The position numbers were made by a program, and so were the translations under genes. A stretch of 64,000 bases of DNA, from assembly GCF_031422135.1 (NCBI RefSeq), contig NZ_JANOQD010000014.1, positions 12,969 to 76,968 of the forward strand. Direction: 5' to 3'. Numbering within the stretch: position 1 is the stretch's first letter; each line of letters starts with the position of its first letter. Below the pieces are notes generated by a model. It was not told where the DNA came from. It did no database searches and saw only the letters and a program-made list of their open reading frames with translations. Source of the stretch: Flavobacterium sp. (GTDB taxonomy: Bacteria; Bacteroidota; Bacteroidia; Flavobacteriales; Flavobacteriaceae). Below are positions 59,355 to 64,000 of this stretch, piece after piece.

Positions 59355-60262
59355 TATTGAATTAAATTTTCAATTGCTTTCTCTAAAGTGTCATATTTAT
59401 ATTGAAATCCGTTTTCTTGTAATCGTTTTGGAATGACGTTTCTGCTTTTTAAAACTAATTCTGGTTCTGTTCTTATGAAAAATGAACCTATTTCGAGCAA
59501 GAATTCACTTGTAGAAATTCCAAAAGGAGCTCCAATTATTGTTCGAAGTGTTTTCATAAATTCGTAATTTGCGATTGGTTTTGGCGAAACAATATTCACA
59601 ACTCCAGTCATTTCTTTTTCAAGTGTAAATTCAATTGCTTTTGCAAAATCTTTTTCGTGAATCCAACTAATGAATTGATTTCCTTTTCCTTGTTTGCCAC
59701 CAAATCCAAATTTGGCAAGCGTTTTTATTGGAATAAATGCACCCCCATTTTTTCCCAAAACTATTGAAGTTCGCAATGCAGTTTTTAAAGTTTCTGGAGT
59801 TTCTATTTCAAAAAATACTTTTTCCCAAGATTTTGCAATATTCATTGAAAAGTCATCGCCTATTTCGCCGTCAATTTCATCCATTTGTTTGTCCAATGAA
59901 AATCTATAAATGGTAGATGTTGATGAATTTAGCCAATGTTTTGGTGGATTTTTACATTTTAAAACAGCTTCGTTTAGAATTTTTGTACTATCAATTCGGG
60001 AATTGTAAATTTCTTTTTTATTGGCATCAGTATACCTACAATCTACAGATTTTCCAGCAAGATTTATCAAAGCTGATGCGTTTTCTAATTCATTTTCCCA
60101 TCCAGAAAGTGTTTTGGCATCCCAATTTACATATTTTATAGTATTTGAAATTTTAGATTTTCCACGAGTTAGAATAATAATTTCATCAAATTTATTTTTG
60201 AAATGCTCCACTAAAACGCGACCTAAAAATCCTGTTCCAGCAGCAATAATTAATTTTTTCAT
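59354..60262 (-). CDS. TIGR01777-family NAD-dependent epimerase/oxidoreductase
   Basis: AAGTGFLG, INLAGKSVDCRY, FISWIHEKD, DUF1731-like C-terminus; start 60262. Confidence 0.88.
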   Translation of the reverse strand: MKKLIIAAGTGFLGRVLVEHFKNKFDEIIILTRGKSKISNTIKYVNWDAKTLSGWENELENASALINLAGKSVDCRYTDANKKEIYNSRIDSTKILNEAVLKCKNPPKHWLNSSTSTIYRFSLDKQMDEIDGEIGDDFSMNIAKSWEKVFFEIETPETLKTALRTSIVLGKNGGAFIPIKTLAKFGFGGKQGKGNQFISWIHEKDFAKAIEFTLEKEMTGVVNIVSPKPIANYEFMKTLRTIIGAPFGISTSEFLLEIGSFFIRTEPELVLKSRNVIPKRLQENGFQYKYDTLEKAIENLIQ

Positions 60263-60264
60263 AA

Positions 60265-61086
60265 TTATAAATTTAAGATAATTAATAAAGCAATAATTCG
60301 ATACAATACCCAAGTAAATGATAAGTATGATGGTAATTCTAGAATTTTTACTCTTCTAAAATGTTCTGAAAACATAATCCCAACGGTTATTCCAAACCAA
60401 CTTAAAATTACTATTTCAGGAACGATTGCAAATGTATGGAGTATAATTATTGGCATTAAAATAATTGAACCCATTAATGAAACGGTCATTAAATTTCCTA
60501 GATAATTTAGGACAGTTTTTTTATCAAATTTAAATAGAAATACACTTTGAAAAACCATTTGACCAAGCGCTAAAATAAGTTCTCGGGCAATATTTGTTTT
60601 GGGTAAACCGTTTATCATTTCAGAAAAAAAGAACAAACTGAAAGTGGTAATTATGGTTGCAAATGCAATATAAAAAAACCGATATTTGTAATTAAAATCA
60701 GGAACACATTGTGGTTTAATTGCTGGATTTATTTTACTTGGAATAATTACTTTTCGATTGTATGAAATGAAAGAATATAGTTTTTTTAGAAAATAATAGG
60801 TTGGTTTTAGATTGCCTACTTTTTCCATCCAAGGAAAAGAATGACCAACAACTTTCAGTAAACTATTGATACCGTAAATTACAGTTTTATTTTTGGTGTC
60901 TATTAAAGCGATTTCGTTTGAAGCACGTTTTATATCTACAAAAATCTCTTCCTCTTCACTGAGTTGGCAATAGGGTTTTTTGCCATTTTCGTCCAGCATT
61001 CCAGCTGTTATGAAGCCTTTCGTGTACACACGACAAAGTGGGCAATCTTCATCGTAGAGTAAGGTTTGGTTAATTAAGGTTTTCAT
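60265..61086 (-). CDS. DCC1-like (DUF393) thiol-disulfide oxidoreductase with C-terminal TM region
   Basis: LLYDEDCPLC (DxxCxxC). Confidence 0.8.
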   Translation of the reverse strand: MKTLINQTLLYDEDCPLCRVYTKGFITAGMLDENGKKPYCQLSEEEEIFVDIKRASNEIALIDTKNKTVIYGINSLLKVVGHSFPWMEKVGNLKPTYYFLKKLYSFISYNRKVIIPSKINPAIKPQCVPDFNYKYRFFYIAFATIITTFSLFFFSEMINGLPKTNIARELILALGQMVFQSVFLFKFDKKTVLNYLGNLMTVSLMGSIILMPIIILHTFAIVPEIVILSWFGITVGIMFSEHFRRVKILELPSYLSFTWVLYRIIALLIILNL

Positions 61087-61793
61087 TTTATCATTTTTTT
61101 ACCTTCAATCGTAATTTTTGAACCTAATGCAAGAAATGTAGAAGTAGGTTTTAAATCTTGTAAAAATGTAAAGTCTTTACCATAAATACTTTCAAAATCC
61201 ACATCAATTTTATAATCTAATACTTGTAATTGTTGCCATCTTGGATGTGTGACTTCATATTCAATAGTTGTTGATTCATTATATTTAGTGTATCCAAAAT
61301 AATGTTCGGTTATGAATTCGGCTTCTGAATTTTCTTCAATTGGAATGGCATTTTTAGTAGTTGTCATTGTAATGGAATTCCAGTTGCCGTCTTTTTTCCA
61401 TTCGTATTGAAATGATTTTGAAGTTTCATTTTCAGTTCTTGAATGACGCATTTTTAAGGTTTGATACTGTTCTTTATACAATGTATTGGCAACAATAGTA
61501 ATGGCGTTTTTTGGAACAATTTCTTTTATAAAAACGACACCTCTTTTCCATTGCCCATCCTCAAAACGTTTTACATAAAATCGTAGATTCACTTCTTCAA
61601 AATTGATGTGAAAGGGAATTTTGAGTCCTAAAATTTTCACATTTTCAAACATAAAACCTATTAAACTGATGTAGCATTTTCCATTCCATAAATCGAGTTC
61701 GGTTCCTTTTGGAATGTGTTTTTCTAATATTTGTGGATTGATTTCATAGTTTATTAAGACTAAATCATTCCACTCTGCGGTTAAGAAGCTCAT
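61083..61793 (-). CDS. YqjF/DUF2071-family protein
   Basis: FLTAEWNDL, FEEVNLRFYV, EFITEHYFGY. Confidence 0.85.
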   Translation of the reverse strand: MSFLTAEWNDLVLINYEINPQILEKHIPKGTELDLWNGKCYISLIGFMFENVKILGLKIPFHINFEEVNLRFYVKRFEDGQWKRGVVFIKEIVPKNAITIVANTLYKEQYQTLKMRHSRTENETSKSFQYEWKKDGNWNSITMTTTKNAIPIEENSEAEFITEHYFGYTKYNESTTIEYEVTHPRWQQLQVLDYKIDVDFESIYGKDFTFLQDLKPTSTFLALGSKITIEGKKMIK

Positions 61794-61796
61794 TTT

Positions 61797-62075
61797 TTAT
61801 AATTTTTGTTTGTAAATAATAAAAGTTAAAAAGAAGATTAAGAAAGCTGGAATTGCAAATAACCAATCTATACTATGTTGATCCCAAATCAAGAAAAATA
61901 AGATTACTAAAATAAAATAAATATAAATCAATTTATTTTTTGGAAACATAATTATAAATATAATAGCAGCAATAACTTGTAAGAATCCAGTAGCAGGCAA
62001 TCCGTAGCCGCCCATAAGTAGAAATAGCAGTGCAATTATATTGATGATTTTTGTTGTTTTGAATAAAGTTTTCAT
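61797..62075 (-). CDS. Small membrane protein
   Basis: 92 aa, about 3-4 hydrophobic helices, in the same operon. Confidence 0.7.
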   Translation of the reverse strand: MKTLFKTTKIINIIALLFLLMGGYGLPATGFLQVIAAIIFIIMFPKNKLIYIYFILVILFFLIWDQHSIDWLFAIPAFLIFFLTFIIYKQKL

Positions 62076-62132
62076 TTGTTTTTGTTTTAAACTTTCAGAA
62101 AAAAATGAAAGTTATTATTAAATTTTTTTATG

Positions 62133-62636
62133 TTACTTCATTATTTTTAAAACCAATCTTCCCAACCAGTTTTCATTAAATTCGGTGATTTTGTCGAGCA
62201 TATTATCTGCTTTTAAAACAAAATCATACAGTTTAGTAGTTTGATCTATAAAGTGTTTTTCTTCTTTTGTATTGTCTGAAGTGATAGATGAAACCTCTTT
62301 CAATACTTTTAAAGCCGGTTTGATTTCACGTTTGCTTCGTTCTCTAGAAATTTTTACAGCCAACTCATCAAGATTTTTTTCGGCAGTGAAAAATTCTCTA
62401 CGTTCACCAGCTTTGTATTCTTTGTAAACAATGCCCCAATCCATTAAAGCACGTAAATTCATCGAAGCATTTCCACGAGAAATTTGAAGTTCGTCCATAA
62501 TATCTTCCATAGAAACGGGTACGCTAGAAACCATTAACAACGCGTGAATTTGCGCCATAGTTTTGTTAATTCCCCATTGAGAGCCTAAGGCTCCCCATGT
62601 TTGTACGAACTTATTTTTTGCTTCTTTGAATTCCAT
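62133..62636 (-). CDS. GbsR/MarR-family transcriptional regulator
   Basis: WGALGSQWGINKTMAQIHALL...ISRGNASMNLRALMDWG...GERREFF. Confidence 0.9.
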   Translation of the reverse strand: MEFKEAKNKFVQTWGALGSQWGINKTMAQIHALLMVSSVPVSMEDIMDELQISRGNASMNLRALMDWGIVYKEYKAGERREFFTAEKNLDELAVKISRERSKREIKPALKVLKEVSSITSDNTKEEKHFIDQTTKLYDFVLKADNMLDKITEFNENWLGRLVLKIMK

Positions 62637-62777
62637 ACAACAAATATAGTAAATGTTTTTGAACTTTCAATAATAAATGAAAGTTCATTTAAAAAATAAT
62701 TTGAAATTAATAATATTGGTGGTTAAGTATTATTTTTTTATAGTTTTGAAGTAATTAATCTGTTAGGGTTGATTAAC

Positions 62778-64000
62778 CTAAACCAACCCAGCCCTTTTCA
62801 ACAACGCATCAGCCTTTGGTTCTTGACCTCTAAAACGTTTGTACAATTCCATTGGCAATTCAGTTCCGCCTTGCGAAAGAACATTGTCTTTGAATTTGGT
62901 TGCAGTTTCCTTATCAAAAATTCCTTTTTCTTGGAAATACGCAAACGCATCAGCATCGAGAACTTCTGCCCATTTGTAACTGTAATATCCTGAAGAATAA
63001 CCGCCAGCAAAAATGTGCGAAAACGAAACTGACATACAATTTTCGGCAACATCTGGAAATAACGTAGTGGTTTCAAAAATCGATTTCTCGAAGGCTTTGA
63101 TATCCGAAATTTCGGTTGGATTGTTACTATGAAAAGCCATATCCAATAAGCCGAAACTCAATTGTCGTAAGGTTGCCATTCCTTCCTGAAAACTTGCTGA
63201 TTCTTTGATTTTTTCGACATATTCTTGCGGAATAATTTCGCCTGTTTGGTAATGTTTAGCAAATAAAGCTAACGCTTCTGGTTCGTAACACCAGTTTTCC
63301 ATAACTTGACTTGGCAATTCGACAAAATCCCAAAAAACCGATGTTCCAGATAAACTCGGATAAACCGTATTCGCCAACATTCCATGCAAACCGTGACCAA
63401 ATTCGTGAAACAAGGTCGTTACTTCATTGAATGTTAAAAGTGATGGTTTTGTTTCTGTTGGTTTGGTAAAATTACAAACATTAGAAACGTGTGGACGCTC
63501 GTTTTTTCCGTCCTTTATATATTGTGATTTGAAACTGGTCATCCAAGCGCCATTTCGTTTGCCTTTTCTTGGAAAAAAATCAGCGTAAAATACAGCAACT
63601 AGTTCTTCAAATTCGTCTTTAACTTCATAGGTTGTGACTTCTTCGTGGTATTTGTCAATATCAAAAACTTCGGTAAATGTCAATCCGAATAATTTATTGG
63701 CAATGGTAAAAGCACCATCTAAAACTTTTTCTAATTGAAAATAGGGTTTCAATTTTTCGTCATCCAAATTGAATAATTTCTGTTTTAATTTTTCTGAATA
63801 ATAGGACGAATCCCATTTTTGAAGTTGGTCAATTCCGTCCAAATCTTTTGCAAATGCTGCTAATTCTGTAAATTCACGTTTAGCTGCTGGTTTTGCTTTT
63901 TCTAATAAATCATTCAGGAACGATTTTACTTTTTCAGGATTTTGTGCCATTCGTTCTTCAAGAACAAAGTGAGAATGGGTTTTATATCCTAATAAATTGG
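62778..64000 (-). CDS. M3-family metallopeptidase (peptidyl-dipeptidase Dcp-like), 5' part outside the window
   Basis: FHEFGHGLH, DFVELPSQ, YSSGYYSYKWAEVLDAD; frame is open to position 64000. Confidence 0.92.
   Translation of the reverse strand, partial: NLLGYKTHSHFVLEERMAQNPEKVKSFLNDLLEKAKPAAKREFTELAAFAKDLDGIDQLQKWDSSYYSEKLKQKLFNLDDEKLKPYFQLEKVLDGAFTIANKLFGLTFTEVFDIDKYHEEVTTYEVKDEFEELVAVFYADFFPRKGKRNGAWMTSFKSQYIKDGKNERPHVSNVCNFTKPTETKPSLLTFNEVTTLFHEFGHGLHGMLANTVYPSLSGTSVFWDFVELPSQVMENWCYEPEALALFAKHYQTGEIIPQEYVEKIKESASFQEGMATLRQLSFGLLDMAFHSNNPTEISDIKAFEKSIFETTTLFPDVAENCMSVSFSHIFAGGYSSGYYSYKWAEVLDADAFAYFQEKGIFDKETATKFKDNVLSQGGTELPMELYKRFRGQEPKADALLKRAGLV

Noticed and set aside
9782-62993. Numerous 60-180 aa antisense or alternate-frame ORFs in the track (e.g. 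10189-10389, 26473-26925, 39706-40239, 56133-56501)
   Set aside because: They overlap well-supported genes on the opposite strand or in another frame and lack motifs; treated as shadow ORFs.

Overview
Flavobacterium-type (Bacteroidota) chromosome with two parts. (1) Positions 1 to ~27,830 are the right-hand part of an AT-rich integrative element ending in a tRNA-3'-end-like att site. It carries an excisionase-like HTH, a replication initiator with an internal origin-like repeat cluster, and a DnaC-like ATPase. About 19.5 kb of defence cargo follows: two tandem nuclease-STAND (Avs/NLR-like) proteins, then one apparently continuous 9-gene operon of AbiEi/AbiEii, a three-gene ATPase-HNH-ATPase (Septu-like) module and Wadjet jetABCD. 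The element ends with a ~1.3 kb non-coding array of long hairpins, a DUF6943-like gene and a lysis-like cassette, with no recognisable capsid, terminase or tra genes. (2) Positions ~28,000-64,000 hold an orphan lipoprotein followed by mostly core genes: murF, gldJ, porU, porV, cdd, pdhA, pdhC, SDR, Bro-N, SprT, Man-1-P guanylyltransferase, mlaFE, glycosylation genes, fabH, truncated globin, GH20, gcvP, a GbsR-regulated cluster and an M3 peptidase. The best candidate for an undescribed system is the ATPase-HNH-ATPase module, whose two paralogous ABC ATPases carry reciprocally degenerate motifs suggesting an asymmetric heterodimer. The strand-biased hairpin array and the satellite-like element architecture come next. 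All family assignments are from motif recognition by eye; no searches were run.
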